The notes below the pieces were generated by a model. The model was not told the origin of the DNA and made no database searches. It saw only the letters and a list, made by a program, of their open reading frames with translations. From an uncultured archaeon (GTDB lineage: Archaea; Asgardarchaeota; Thorarchaeia; Thorarchaeales; Thorarchaeaceae): a stretch of DNA of 48,588 bases. A program made the translations under genes and the position numbers. Positions within the stretch are counted from its first letter, which is position 1. Every line of letters begins with the position of its first letter. The stretch is from NCBI GenBank assembly GCA_964610875.1, contig CAZSWP010000031.1:1-48588 (forward strand), given 5' to 3'. Positions 8,861 through 18,875 of the stretch are shown piece after piece.

Positions 8861-10537
8861 ATGAAAGTAAAAATACAGCACGCACTAGGTTTACTACTTG
8901 TGACATTTCTAGTAATGGCACCAACTGTTGCTGCCATTGGAAATTCTGCATTTATTATTGCTGAAGATGAACCGGGATTTGGAGAAGAATTAATCCAGAA
9001 GTTATTTGAAGAAGGTGCGGAGGTAATCTTTTCCAACATCGATGAAGAAGGTGTGCCATCTGTTATTTATGGACAGTTAGGAATTCCTTCGGATAGTTTG
9101 AATCTTGATTCAGAAATGTTTCAACAATGTATTGCTATGGCATTAGTATCAACACATGGAGAGTTTCTGGAAATGATTCTGGAACTCGTTGGTGGAGATA
9201 TGTTTGGAGATGATGGTGACGATGAATACTCCGAAGGAGAATTTGTTCTAGCACAGGATGGTGGCGGATTTGATGTCAATAGTATTCTAGACATGTTAGG
9301 TACTGAATTCAATCTACTCATCAACGTCTTTGTGAACGTTGATCAAGCTACTTCCCAGTCTAGGATGAGTCAAATTCTGAATCATATGTCTGTAACTTAT
9401 GGTTTCGGTTTCACTGAATTATTTACTTACAGAATTGATGAGAATACATTCCCACCAGAAGCAGATATCGAACTTCCTTTTGATTCAATTGACCTCTATA
9501 TTTACCAAGAAATTCATACATTTGGGGATGCAGTTGATTTTCTCTTCAATGTGATGGACACTGGAGGATTTCTAGATGCTATCAATCCGTCAGTATTCTC
9601 TGGAGCAAGAGCAGCTGCTTCAGGATTACTTGCTATTCCAGATATGGGGTATCTTGCTGAATTGATCGAATCATTTGAAGGAGAGGATACTGGTGACTAC
9701 GAACCATCGTTCATTCTTTCGGAAGTATACCAGACGGCACAACTTCCATTCAATGTATCTGGCTCTTTGGCAATTGCTGCTGCGGGATACAGAGGCGACC
9801 AAGTGGTTTCATCTGCAACAACAGAATTGAGAATAAGTGAGTTAATTGGTTCTACAGGAACAATTTCACCATTGAGTACAGGTAACTCGTTGATTCTAAT
9901 GCAACTACCAGAAAATGCGAACATCACTTCGTATTCACCTTCAGTTGAAGGTCAATCATTCTATGAGAATGGGTCGAATATGGTGATTTGGAATGCTACA
10001 GCATTAGGCGATCAATCGGATTACATCATATCATTTGAAGCAGATGATTTTCCACCGTTAGTTAAACTGGAAAGAACGTTCTCTGTAAACTCAACTACAG
10101 TTGGTGGTTCAACCCACGTAACTGTGACTCTTACAAATGAAGGAACAGAAGCAATATCTAATGTCCACTTGAATGACTCAGGAATTGCGGACTACTATGA
10201 TTCAATTTCTGTAAGTGGTACAACTGAAAAAACCTTTACCAATGTACCCGGTGGTGGCACTGTAGAAATAACATATACTGTTTCATTCAGCAATGAGGGC
10301 GGCTATAACTTCCCAAGAGCTAATGCAGAATACGGATATGACGGGAAAACATTCGCTAAGACAACTCCACGTGACGTTGTTGAAGTGAGAAGTGACATCG
10401 GAGGATTCCTTTCTCAAGGAATTTCTGATGGTTGGCCCTACTCCGCACTTGCACTTGGTGTTGTTGGACTCGTTGGTGTCTATGCAATAATGGGCATTGT
10501 TCGAGGTTCAAAGAGCTCGGGTGTATACGAAGTCTAG
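8861..10537 (+). CDS. Secreted, C-terminally anchored acidic surface glycoprotein with TRAP-beta/DUF11-like Ig domain
   Basis: Signal peptide MKVKIQHALGLLLVTFLVMAPTVAA; many NxS/T sequons; C-terminal Ig-like domain (V.VTLTNEG..AISNVHLND...YTV....GGYNFPRA.AEY) followed by a TM helix. ATG 8861 follows GGAGTGA. Confidence 0.7.
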   Translation: MKVKIQHALGLLLVTFLVMAPTVAAIGNSAFIIAEDEPGFGEELIQKLFEEGAEVIFSNIDEEGVPSVIYGQLGIPSDSLNLDSEMFQQCIAMALVSTHGEFLEMILELVGGDMFGDDGDDEYSEGEFVLAQDGGGFDVNSILDMLGTEFNLLINVFVNVDQATSQSRMSQILNHMSVTYGFGFTELFTYRIDENTFPPEADIELPFDSIDLYIYQEIHTFGDAVDFLFNVMDTGGFLDAINPSVFSGARAAASGLLAIPDMGYLAELIESFEGEDTGDYEPSFILSEVYQTAQLPFNVSGSLAIAAAGYRGDQVVSSATTELRISELIGSTGTISPLSTGNSLILMQLPENANITSYSPSVEGQSFYENGSNMVIWNATALGDQSDYIISFEADDFPPLVKLERTFSVNSTTVGGSTHVTVTLTNEGTEAISNVHLNDSGIADYYDSISVSGTTEKTFTNVPGGGTVEITYTVSFSNEGGYNFPRANAEYGYDGKTFAKTTPRDVVEVRSDIGGFLSQGISDGWPYSALALGVVGLVGVYAIMGIVRGSKSSGVYEV

Positions 10538-10550
10538 AAAACCAATTTGA

Positions 10551-10592
10551 GGCTCTCGAATTAACATCGAGAGCTTTGCTTTTCTTTTTCCT
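10551..10592 (+). terminator. Hairpin plus T-rich terminator
   Basis: GGCTCTCGA-ATTAACA-TCGAGAGCT followed by TTGCTTTTCTTTTTC. Confidence 0.6.
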
Positions 10593-10609
10593 TAGTATTT
10601 ATCTTTAGG

Positions 10610-11578
10610 ATGCATTACGATAAACTAGGTGTAATGATGTCGTTCCGCGAACTACTCAATGGTTATTTGCGTTTACCAAGGAAATTTTTTGGGATTCCAG
10701 AGTCAAAAGACGGATTCTCTGATATTGGAATCCTTGGTGTCCCATATGACATAACTTCAAGTTACCAAGCTGGACCTCGAGAAGCTCCGGATGTTATTAG
10801 ACAAGCAACAGATTCAGAAAGATCTCATAGTTATCCACTTCAGATTGGTCTTACTCAACGGCATCAAGAGACACCACTTTCAGAGAGGATAACAATAGAG
10901 GATATGGGCGACTTAGAAGTTGGAGTCCAACACCCGGAGTCTGTTGCTGTACATATTAGTAATGCTACTCAAAAATTAGCTGATACGAATTCAAATTTCC
11001 TCTTCTTAGGCGGGGATCATTTCATTACATATCCGCTTATTCGTGGAATACAACGCAAAAAGAATACAAAATTAGGTTTAGTCTATCTAGATTCCCATGC
11101 TGACTTCTACAAAGAAATGGGGGGCTCACCACTTTCACACGCCACAACTTTACGTAGGATTACTGAACAGGGATTAGTTGCTCAACAGGATGTTATTGTC
11201 CATGATGCAAGAACTACTCCTCCCGATCAGTATTCAGAGTTGCAAGAAACAGATAGTGTTGGCTTCAATGACATAGATTTGTTTACTAAGGCAATTGGAA
11301 ATCTCAGTATTCGTGTAGATGAAATCTATATTTCAGTTGATATGGATATACTTAGTCCAGAGGTTGCACCAGGTGTTTCTCATCCTGAATCAGGAGGTCT
11401 CAATTTGGTACAATTACTAGGATACATACGTGCAGTATTTCAAAGTAGAAAGGTAAGATATGCTGATGTTGTCGAATTCAATCCTATGTTGGATAAGTCT
11501 GGATTGACTTCCGTTGCTGTTCGTGATTTAGTAAAGGAAATACTCACTGGTTTTGCACATCAGAAGGAATCTCTGTGA
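10610..11578 (+). CDS. speB: Agmatinase / ureohydrolase (arginase family)
   Basis: GVPYD, GPREAP, LGGDHFITYP, DSHAD, SVDMDILSP, APGVSHPESGG and VVEFNP metal-binding motifs. The start may be about 10634. Confidence 0.85.
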   Translation: MHYDKLGVMMSFRELLNGYLRLPRKFFGIPESKDGFSDIGILGVPYDITSSYQAGPREAPDVIRQATDSERSHSYPLQIGLTQRHQETPLSERITIEDMGDLEVGVQHPESVAVHISNATQKLADTNSNFLFLGGDHFITYPLIRGIQRKKNTKLGLVYLDSHADFYKEMGGSPLSHATTLRRITEQGLVAQQDVIVHDARTTPPDQYSELQETDSVGFNDIDLFTKAIGNLSIRVDEIYISVDMDILSPEVAPGVSHPESGGLNLVQLLGYIRAVFQSRKVRYADVVEFNPMLDKSGLTSVAVRDLVKEILTGFAHQKESL

Positions 11579-11686
11579 GTCAATTCATATAATTGGATAT
11601 GAAAGAAGCATGTCTCGAATTGATAAATCCAATACAGATTTAAGTAGCAATTACACATAATTTTAATACTAAGAGATGACCTTGAA

Positions 11687-12409
11687 TTGATGGATGAACG
11701 ACTTGAAGCAGTTGAAAATCGTGCGAGCAATAATCTCCGTGAGCTTGGATTTGGGGTTCACGAATCCTTGGTTATCGTGGCACTAAATAAGATGCAATCG
11801 GCAACTGTTTCAGAAATCTCCAGTGCTACAGGAATACATCATGCCAATCTCTACACAATTCTTGATGGACTTGAAGGTAAAGGATTAGTAGTTTCTGATA
11901 ATTCTCGCCCTAGAAGATATGTATTTGCACCTTTGTCACATATTGAGGATTACTTGGAGTCAAAAGTACATGCATTAATGATTGACCTAAAGAAGATACA
12001 ACAATCCAGAATCTCCGATAGTTTGATACCAACTTTAATCTATACGATTAGAGGACATGATGATGTTTTGAACAAGATCCTAAGTATGATTTCAAAGGTA
12101 TCAGAGAGGATACTATTGGTCACACCTGCATTAGAAATAATGGGTGACCCTGTTATAGAAGCATTGGAGAATGCATCAAGAGGAGAAGTTGAAATACGCT
12201 TAATTCTTGGTCAAGATGTTGATGTACCATTTAAATCAGAAAAAAGATTGAAAGATGATACATTAGCAATTAACCTTGTAGTAGATGGTAAAGAAGCTCT
12301 GATTTCAATGCCGGACCTTACTGTCTGCGGATGGGCGGATAATCATCTTATCTCTCTTCAATTTGAGGGATATCTAGAGCAAACATGGGAATTAGCGAGG
12401 ATGATATGA
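11687..12409 (+). CDS. TrmB-family transcriptional regulator
   Basis: LRELGFG..E..V.VAL...ATVSEIS..TGI....LY.IL..LE.KGLV wHTH, plus a C-terminal TrmB/PLD-like effector domain (VVDGKEALI). Confidence 0.88.
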   Translation: MMDERLEAVENRASNNLRELGFGVHESLVIVALNKMQSATVSEISSATGIHHANLYTILDGLEGKGLVVSDNSRPRRYVFAPLSHIEDYLESKVHALMIDLKKIQQSRISDSLIPTLIYTIRGHDDVLNKILSMISKVSERILLVTPALEIMGDPVIEALENASRGEVEIRLILGQDVDVPFKSEKRLKDDTLAINLVVDGKEALISMPDLTVCGWADNHLISLQFEGYLEQTWELARMI

Positions 12410-13780
12410 ATGGTTGATTATGATGTAATTGTTGCAGGTGCTGGTACTGGAGGTTCTACGACAGCATATACAATTGCAAAAGAAGGAAGAAGTGTTCTTC
12501 TCATTGATAGGAAGAAAAAGGATAGAATTGGAGACAAGACATGTGGTGATGCTCTAGGTAGCCATCACATAAAAGAAATACAAGAGCTAGTTGGTATTCC
12601 TGATGTCCCTCAAGATATTATCGAACATGAGGTAACTGGTATTGACCTGATAGCACCAGATAGGGTACACAGACTCAGGATGCAGGGACCAACGACAACA
12701 GGTATGTCTTTTAATCGTCTTAAAATGGGGCAATGGTTCCTCTCACTTGCTGAAGATGCAGGTGCGGAAGTTATGGCTTCTACAAGGGCGAAACGCTTAA
12801 TTTTCGAAGATGGGAAAGTTATTGGTCTGAGAATCCTTGATTCGGAAGGCAAAGAACGTGCTATAACAAGTAAAATAGTAGTTGACGCAACTGGCGCTAC
12901 TGGCATGTTGAGACGTCAGCTTCCTGAATCATCACCAGTAGAGAGGACCATCAATAAAGAAGATCAGATGGTTGCATGGAGGGACATTTATGATACTCCT
13001 GATTATACCTTTGAAACACCCGAGATACTAGAAATATTTTGGAATCAAGAGGAAACCCTTGGCGGCTATACTTGGGTATTTCCACAAGGAAAACACCGTG
13101 TCAATGTAGGGGCTGGAGTGATGACAATCGAGGGTCATAGAGCTCCACAAGAGATCATGAAAGAATTTGTGAAACCAAATTGGGATTTCATGAAGACTGA
13201 TTATATAGTCTTAGACAGTAGTGGTGGTATTGCTCCCATTAGACGACCTATTGATACTTTAGTTGATGATAATTTCATGTTGGTAGGAGATGCAGGATGT
13301 CAGGTGAATCCAATTCATGGTGGAGGAATCGGCTCATCACTACTTGGAGGTGCACTTGCTGGGCTAACAGCTGTGAAAGCGATTGAGAACAATGACACTT
13401 CAATCAAAGGATTGTGGGAATACAACCCACGATATATGGAGTATTATGGAGGTAAACAAGCGTCTCTTGATGTCTTTAGATGGTTCTTACTGAATATAAC
13501 CAATGAAGATATCAACTTTGCATTTCAAAAAGAAATTATCAAAGCCAGCGATTTACTTGATACAAGCATGACCGGGAAGATGAAGATTGGTACTGGTGAT
13601 AAATTCAGAAGACTGCTTTCTGGTTTAGGCAAGATTCCGCTTCTATTGCGAGCATCAAAGATTGCAAAACTAATGGATGAAATCAGAGAGGTTTATGCAA
13701 ACTATCCTGATTCTCCTGCTGGGCTTGATGCTTGGATACAGAAACTTCATCCAATATATGAAGAAGCCAAAACACTATAG
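12410..13780 (+). CDS. Digeranylgeranylglycerophospholipid reductase (geranylgeranyl reductase family)
   Basis: VIVAGAGTGG FAD motif, KTCGDA, VDATG, GYTWVFP and LVGDAGCQVNPIHGGGI (YxWxFP and PxxGGG are GGR signatures). Confidence 0.9.
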   Translation: MVDYDVIVAGAGTGGSTTAYTIAKEGRSVLLIDRKKKDRIGDKTCGDALGSHHIKEIQELVGIPDVPQDIIEHEVTGIDLIAPDRVHRLRMQGPTTTGMSFNRLKMGQWFLSLAEDAGAEVMASTRAKRLIFEDGKVIGLRILDSEGKERAITSKIVVDATGATGMLRRQLPESSPVERTINKEDQMVAWRDIYDTPDYTFETPEILEIFWNQEETLGGYTWVFPQGKHRVNVGAGVMTIEGHRAPQEIMKEFVKPNWDFMKTDYIVLDSSGGIAPIRRPIDTLVDDNFMLVGDAGCQVNPIHGGGIGSSLLGGALAGLTAVKAIENNDTSIKGLWEYNPRYMEYYGGKQASLDVFRWFLLNITNEDINFAFQKEIIKASDLLDTSMTGKMKIGTGDKFRRLLSGLGKIPLLLRASKIAKLMDEIREVYANYPDSPAGLDAWIQKLHPIYEEAKTL

Positions 13781-13791
13781 GAGATAGAGTT

Positions 13792-14739
13792 GTGCGGTCC
13801 ATCGGGACAGCATGTGGTATTGAGTTGCTTGCTCCCAATGACGCATATCTTTCTTATTTTAACAGTCCATATACTGGCCACTTGAACAATTCTGCAATTG
13901 ATATCTATCCTTCTCATGGTGAATGGAATGGACCGTGTCCATCCCCGATATCTGGGAAAGTTGTAAATATCCGCAGAATCCGAATGGGAAAAAGTAGAGG
14001 TTTTCTTACACCGGAATATGACTTTTCTATTGGAATTAAACCAGCAACCGAATCACACGAAATTGTAAGGGTTCTTCATTGTGAACCTTCAGTAGAGGTA
14101 GGACAGGAGGTTGAAGCAGGAGAGAATCTTGGCAAGTTAATTCGATCTAGATACTTCAATTTCTGGACAGGTCCGCATTTACATGCCGAGATTTTGGATA
14201 TTGAGAATATTCATCGTGCTTCTAAATCGTATCCACTAAAACTCCCTTATGAGGAGTTCAATGTCAAAAGATTAGATGAATTAAAGACAGAAATAGAATG
14301 TACCATCGTTGAATTGACTAAAGATGTTGTAATAGTGATTTCTAATGGCATTGGATATGGTACTCTAGATGATCTAGTGGGATTAACAGTTTCAAATGGA
14401 AGACATCAACAAATTGGTGTAATGGACGCTGGAATTCCATACTATGAATATGGAGGGATTCATTCGGGACTATCTCAGTTGCGTTATGACGATGTCTTTC
14501 TATTTGCAAAAAAGATAGGTGAATGCACTATCAATTACAAAGAATTTTCCAGATTCAGAGTAGAAAAAAATCTGAATATACGACTTGATAATGCACCGAT
14601 GAAGGGCATATCATCATTTCTCTATCCTAAAGCTCATAGAGTTAGGTGTGAAATTCCTATTCGCCTTATTCCTCAGGAATATGCCACTTCATTCGATTTT
14701 ACAATTGGCGACTTTGTTCAACTATCATTATATTCTTGA
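13792..14739 (+). CDS. M23 peptidase-like (duplicated hybrid motif) conserved archaeal protein
   Basis: SPYTGH....IDIY, SPISGKV, HCEPSVEVGQEVEAGENLG and TGPHLHAE (HxH) motifs; no signal peptide. Confidence 0.6.
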   Translation: MRSIGTACGIELLAPNDAYLSYFNSPYTGHLNNSAIDIYPSHGEWNGPCPSPISGKVVNIRRIRMGKSRGFLTPEYDFSIGIKPATESHEIVRVLHCEPSVEVGQEVEAGENLGKLIRSRYFNFWTGPHLHAEILDIENIHRASKSYPLKLPYEEFNVKRLDELKTEIECTIVELTKDVVIVISNGIGYGTLDDLVGLTVSNGRHQQIGVMDAGIPYYEYGGIHSGLSQLRYDDVFLFAKKIGECTINYKEFSRFRVEKNLNIRLDNAPMKGISSFLYPKAHRVRCEIPIRLIPQEYATSFDFTIGDFVQLSLYS

Positions 14740-14740
14740 A

Positions 14741-15028
14741 TTAGAATACTGTTGATTCTTCTTCTTCATCATCTTGTAAGACCCAAGGTCCTAACCTAGA
14801 AACCCACCAGAAGAGGAACACACCTCCATCAATTGTAAGGACCCAAAATGCTGCAACTGTAAAGAACTGAATTATCATTGCAGTATCTGTTGGTGCAGGG
14901 CGTCCATACCAGATGTATGCAACGAACATAATGACCTGAACCAGCAATCCTAGTAGTATTGCAATCTGAAAGAAGAGAATCATCTTCTGTTCGGTTATGA
15001 ATGTCTTGAATTTCTCTCTACGACTCAA
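14741..15028 (-). CDS. Small 2-TM hypothetical membrane protein
   Basis: Two hydrophobic helices and an acidic tail; TTG start. Confidence 0.6.
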   Translation of the reverse strand: MSRREKFKTFITEQKMILFFQIAILLGLLVQVIMFVAYIWYGRPAPTDTAMIIQFFTVAAFWVLTIDGGVFLFWWVSRLGPWVLQDDEEEESTVF

Positions 15029-15146
15029 GCGAATTACCCACTTTATTGTAGTATATCACTATGATAAATCTGTATGTTATATCTAGAAAATCTCATTTTG
15101 TTCTAACAGTAGTGTTAAATAAAAACCTCTTGAAAATAGAAACGAA

Positions 15147-16124
15147 ATGGTTGATAGAATACGCCTCTCTATTGGCACAGCTTTAAAGTTTGGACTAGAG
15201 AGTGGTCCCTCCAGTAACCATTTCACGACAGCGTTTTTAATGACATATAGTGACAAAAAATGCGATGCAAACTGTGTCTTCTGTCCACAGGCGCGTTCAA
15301 GTTCCTCAGATCAGAAGTTACTTTCCAGAATTGGTTGGCCAGTTTTCGAAATTGATGAAGTAATTTCTCGGTTCAAGCAGAATTTGTTTCAAAGGATTTG
15401 CATACAGACTTTGAACTATGATGAGGTAATAGAGCACACAGAGGAAATTATTAAGAGAGTGAGAAAAAAAGTTGAAACTCCAATCTCAGTCTGCATTCAT
15501 CCTATAAACAAGCAAGATATGCAAACTCTGAAAAATGCTGGGGCAGAGAGGATTGGGATTGCAGTAGACGCTTGTACCGAAGAAATATTTGATGCAGTAA
15601 AAGGTAAAAAACGGGGTTCTGATTATAGATGGAACTCTCATATCAAAGCTCTAGTTACTGCTCAAGACATCTTTGGTAAAAAGAAAGTCACAACACATTT
15701 GATGGTTGGTCTTGGTGAAACAGAACGGGATGCAGCCCATTTCCTCTTCAGGATGGCAGAGATGGATGTCAGAGTTGGCCTATTTGCCTTTACACCTGTA
15801 AAAGGCACTACATACGAGAATAGGTCTCAACCTGATATTGGAAAATACCGTCGACTTCAAATCCTGAAATATCTTATTGACAGACAAAAAATCTCAGAAC
15901 AATCAATAGGATACACTTCTAATGGAAAGATTGAATTTAGAATGGAAACCAAGAAACTGATAGGTGCTTTGAAATCAGGGGCAGCTTTTCAAGTAACAGG
16001 ATGTCCTGGATGTAATAGACCATATTACAATGAGCGCCCTCGTGGTGAAATGTACAATTACCCCAGAAAATTGGTGAATGATGAAGTATCTGAAGCACTC
16101 AAAGAGGCAGGATTGGTGAAATAA
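15147..16124 (+). CDS. lipS2: Radical SAM protein, archaeal lipoyl synthase subunit LipS2-like
   Basis: CDANCVFC (CX3CX2C) and C-terminal TGCPGCNRP, matching the TXGCPXC(N/D)RP motif described for LipS2. Adjacent to lipoate ligase genes. Confidence 0.75.
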   Translation: MVDRIRLSIGTALKFGLESGPSSNHFTTAFLMTYSDKKCDANCVFCPQARSSSSDQKLLSRIGWPVFEIDEVISRFKQNLFQRICIQTLNYDEVIEHTEEIIKRVRKKVETPISVCIHPINKQDMQTLKNAGAERIGIAVDACTEEIFDAVKGKKRGSDYRWNSHIKALVTAQDIFGKKKVTTHLMVGLGETERDAAHFLFRMAEMDVRVGLFAFTPVKGTTYENRSQPDIGKYRRLQILKYLIDRQKISEQSIGYTSNGKIEFRMETKKLIGALKSGAAFQVTGCPGCNRPYYNERPRGEMYNYPRKLVNDEVSEALKEAGLVK

Positions 16125-16125
16125 A

Positions 16126-16893
16126 ATTCGAGTATTTAGGCTACTTGGTTTATCTACAAACTCAGCATTTGAGAACATGGCAATTGATGAATCTATTATG
16201 CTATCTATGAAAGAAGGGGAGGCGCCACCAACATTTCGTGTGTATCGCTGGAATCCTTCTGCAGTATCAATAGGTACTTTTCAGAGTATGGACGAAGAAG
16301 TTGATGTAGAGTTCTGCAAACAAAACGAAATTGATTATATTCGAAGAATAACTGGAGGTGGCGCAGTATATCATGACTATGAGGGAGAAGTGACCTATAG
16401 TGTCATATTGCCAAAAGGAGATCCTTTAGTTCCAGATGATATATTGAAGTCATACCGTGTATTATGTTCAGGCATTATCGAAGCTCTAGCAATATTTGGA
16501 ATAGAATCTGAATTCAAACCGGTTAATGATGTCATTGCTGGTGGAAAAAAGATATCAGGAAATGCCCAAACGAGACGACACTCTTGTATATTGCAACATG
16601 GAACTGTATTGCTAGATTTAGATGTTGAAAAGATGTTCACGATATTGAAAGTCCCAGCTGAGAAAATCTCAGATAAGATGATTCAAGATGTAAAGGATCG
16701 GGTGACCTCAATCAAAACCATTCTTGGAGAAGAGACCAATTATCAAAAATTATCAAAAGCACTGATAGAGGGATTCTCAAGGTCTCTGAATATCGAATTA
16801 CAATCTGGTGGCTTGACGGACAAAGAAAAGAAGAATGCTGAAAAACTTGTCAAAGAAAAATACTCTACCAATGAGTGGAACTTCTCAAGGTGA
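16126..16893 (+). CDS. lplA: Lipoate-protein ligase A, catalytic domain
   Basis: NMAIDE, RRITGGGAVYHD, KKISGNAQ and LQHGT motifs. The N-terminal strand (I)RVFRLLGLSTNSAFEN lies upstream of the track's ATG; start inferred at ATT 16126. Confidence 0.9.
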   Translation: MRVFRLLGLSTNSAFENMAIDESIMLSMKEGEAPPTFRVYRWNPSAVSIGTFQSMDEEVDVEFCKQNEIDYIRRITGGGAVYHDYEGEVTYSVILPKGDPLVPDDILKSYRVLCSGIIEALAIFGIESEFKPVNDVIAGGKKISGNAQTRRHSCILQHGTVLLDLDVEKMFTILKVPAEKISDKMIQDVKDRVTSIKTILGEETNYQKLSKALIEGFSRSLNIELQSGGLTDKEKKNAEKLVKEKYSTNEWNFSR

Positions 16894-16899
16894 ATTACT

Positions 16900-17178
16900 A
16901 TGAAAGCTGTCTATAAAGTTCCAGATGGAAAGATGATTAAAATAAACTTGAGTATTGATAATGAACAAATATCAGACATAAGAATAACTGGAGATTTCTT
17001 TCTTCATCCTGAAGACACACTGCAGAAAATTGAATTGAAACTTATTGGAATCAACCTGTCTTCGAAGAAGATAACTGATGCAATTACACAAGTGCTTGAA
17101 ACAACTAATTCTACTCTTATTGGTGCAAAAGCACAAGATTTTGCTCATGCTATTCTACTTGCTAAGGAAAATCAATAA
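16900..17178 (+). CDS. lplB: Lipoate-protein ligase accessory (C-terminal) domain, LplB
   Basis: KVPDGKMIKI...I.DIRITGDFFLHPE...IE..L.G pattern of the LplA C-terminal domain; split two-gene arrangement as in other archaea. Confidence 0.85.
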   Translation: MKAVYKVPDGKMIKINLSIDNEQISDIRITGDFFLHPEDTLQKIELKLIGINLSSKKITDAITQVLETTNSTLIGAKAQDFAHAILLAKENQ

Positions 17179-17717
17179 TCAACATCACGTAGTATACGAA
17201 TAACCAGGGTTTCTGTTTCACCAAGTATAGTATTACTGAGAAGGACTGTCGAATTCGATAACTCTAATCTGCCAGCTTCAATTTCTCCTGTATAGACCTT
17301 AAGAACATCGGTTACTATGCTTTCTGGTAAAGATATATCTGGAGTGTCTTTATCCCATGAAAGAGCTTTATCGTCCTCACCTCTCATATAGAATAAAGCT
17401 TCCGAAACAATATGCATAACATCCTTGTCTTCCAAAGGTACTAATTCATACATGAAACTCTTCGCTATGTCATTGGCGAACACATTAAGTGAACGCTTAT
17501 CACCTATCCAAGAGCGAGCCAATCTAAGTTCTGCTTCTAGGATTGTTTCTTTATCATCCATCTGAAGTATAAGCTCGATGAATTCCTGATAAGCACCCGG
17601 CTGTAAAGTGACGATGATTCCAGTGTTACTCTTTTCTCTTTTGACTTCTGTACACTTGAAAAATAAGAACAGATCAGATTTTTTTACATCCATATATGGT
17701 TTTAGACCAGATTCCAT
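17172..17717 (-). CDS. Hypothetical protein
   Basis: Likely start MESGLKPY at 17717. The track's longer version overlaps the divergent gene. Confidence 0.55.
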   Translation of the reverse strand: MESGLKPYMDVKKSDLFLFFKCTEVKREKSNTGIIVTLQPGAYQEFIELILQMDDKETILEAELRLARSWIGDKRSLNVFANDIAKSFMYELVPLEDKDVMHIVSEALFYMRGEDDKALSWDKDTPDISLPESIVTDVLKVYTGEIEAGRLELSNSTVLLSNTILGETETLVIRILRDVDY

Positions 17718-17845
17718 AATTCTTCGAAAGAACAATCCAACATAAGAATCATCTCTAAAATGGATTAATCGTGCGAAAAGTGAAATACTGGATTTATATC
17801 CAATTACATGATAAAAACATAGATTTCGCGTACGGTGAAATGAAG

Positions 17846-18826
17846 ATGAATGCATACTTTTCAATAGTTCTGCTTGCGATACTGCTATTCTTTGTAGTCT
17901 GGGCTTTAGGCTGGATTCTTGAGCAGCTTTCACATGTTGCTCTTGACATAACTCGAAGTCCTGGGTCAAGAGCTTGGTATGCATTGGTTGGTCCCGGAGT
18001 CGCATTGCACGAGTCTTCTCATGGATTAGGGTGTTTATTCACTGGAACTGAGATAGTAGAATTCAAGCCCATCAATGTATCAGTTCAGGGAGACCAAGTA
18101 GTTCTTGGCTATGTATCATATAGAGATCCAAAGAGTGTATTCAAGAAGGCTATCATCAATCTTGCACCGGTAGGAGTGTCACTAGTACTATTGACTTTCT
18201 TTGCTTTAGCTGTGACATATCTTGTTCCTACATCTCCGGGTATTGGAGGTCAAGCATTAATCCTCCTTCAGGACCTGATTGATGTGAAAAATGATGCCGT
18301 TCTTTTAGCAGATCCAGTCTATCCTGTTGTTCTGATACTCGGGTTTGTCTATTCCTTCTTTTACACATTTGCAGGTCTAACAGTTATCAGTCCAATATTT
18401 TGGATCGTTGCTTTTCTTGCAATGACTATAATGTTCAGTAACGCACCTTCGGATGTTGATATCAAGAATGCATTGCCCGGACTGAAATGGATTATGTTGT
18501 TCAATGTAATCTGGCTTGTTGTTGCGTATTTCCTACCTATTGCTGGATGGGCATTATTCGGTTTATACGAATTACTTGCAGTTATGTTTGCTCTAGCTGT
18601 GGCTTTCTCTGTCCTTGCTTATGGGTTCTTCATCATGATTACTTTTATGGGGAAGTTAAAAATTCCCTTCAATGTCCTTCCCTTTATGGCAACTATTGTT
18701 GCTGGATTCATTCTTGCATCTATTGGATATGGTACACCCGCATTTCAGACAGTCATCTCTGTAGCAGTATTTGTGTTGATTGCTCTTCCTCTATTGATGA
18801 TAAAATCCCTTAGAGTACAGAAGTAA
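17846..18826 (+). CDS. Membrane-embedded HEXXH zinc metalloprotease-like protein (M50/DUF3267-like)
   Basis: PGVALHESSHGLGC (HExxH), LGYV, INLAP and APSDVD; many TM helices. ATG 17846 follows GGTGA. Confidence 0.7.
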   Translation: MNAYFSIVLLAILLFFVVWALGWILEQLSHVALDITRSPGSRAWYALVGPGVALHESSHGLGCLFTGTEIVEFKPINVSVQGDQVVLGYVSYRDPKSVFKKAIINLAPVGVSLVLLTFFALAVTYLVPTSPGIGGQALILLQDLIDVKNDAVLLADPVYPVVLILGFVYSFFYTFAGLTVISPIFWIVAFLAMTIMFSNAPSDVDIKNALPGLKWIMLFNVIWLVVAYFLPIAGWALFGLYELLAVMFALAVAFSVLAYGFFIMITFMGKLKIPFNVLPFMATIVAGFILASIGYGTPAFQTVISVAVFVLIALPLLMIKSLRVQK

Positions 18827-18875
18827 TACCTACTTTCATATTCAGAAATTTTGACTCAGTATTCGGGTATAGAAT

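Noticed and set aside
17718-18005. N-terminal extension of the 17172-18005 ORF
   Set aside because: It overlaps the divergent metalloprotease gene, and the region is better explained as a shared promoter.
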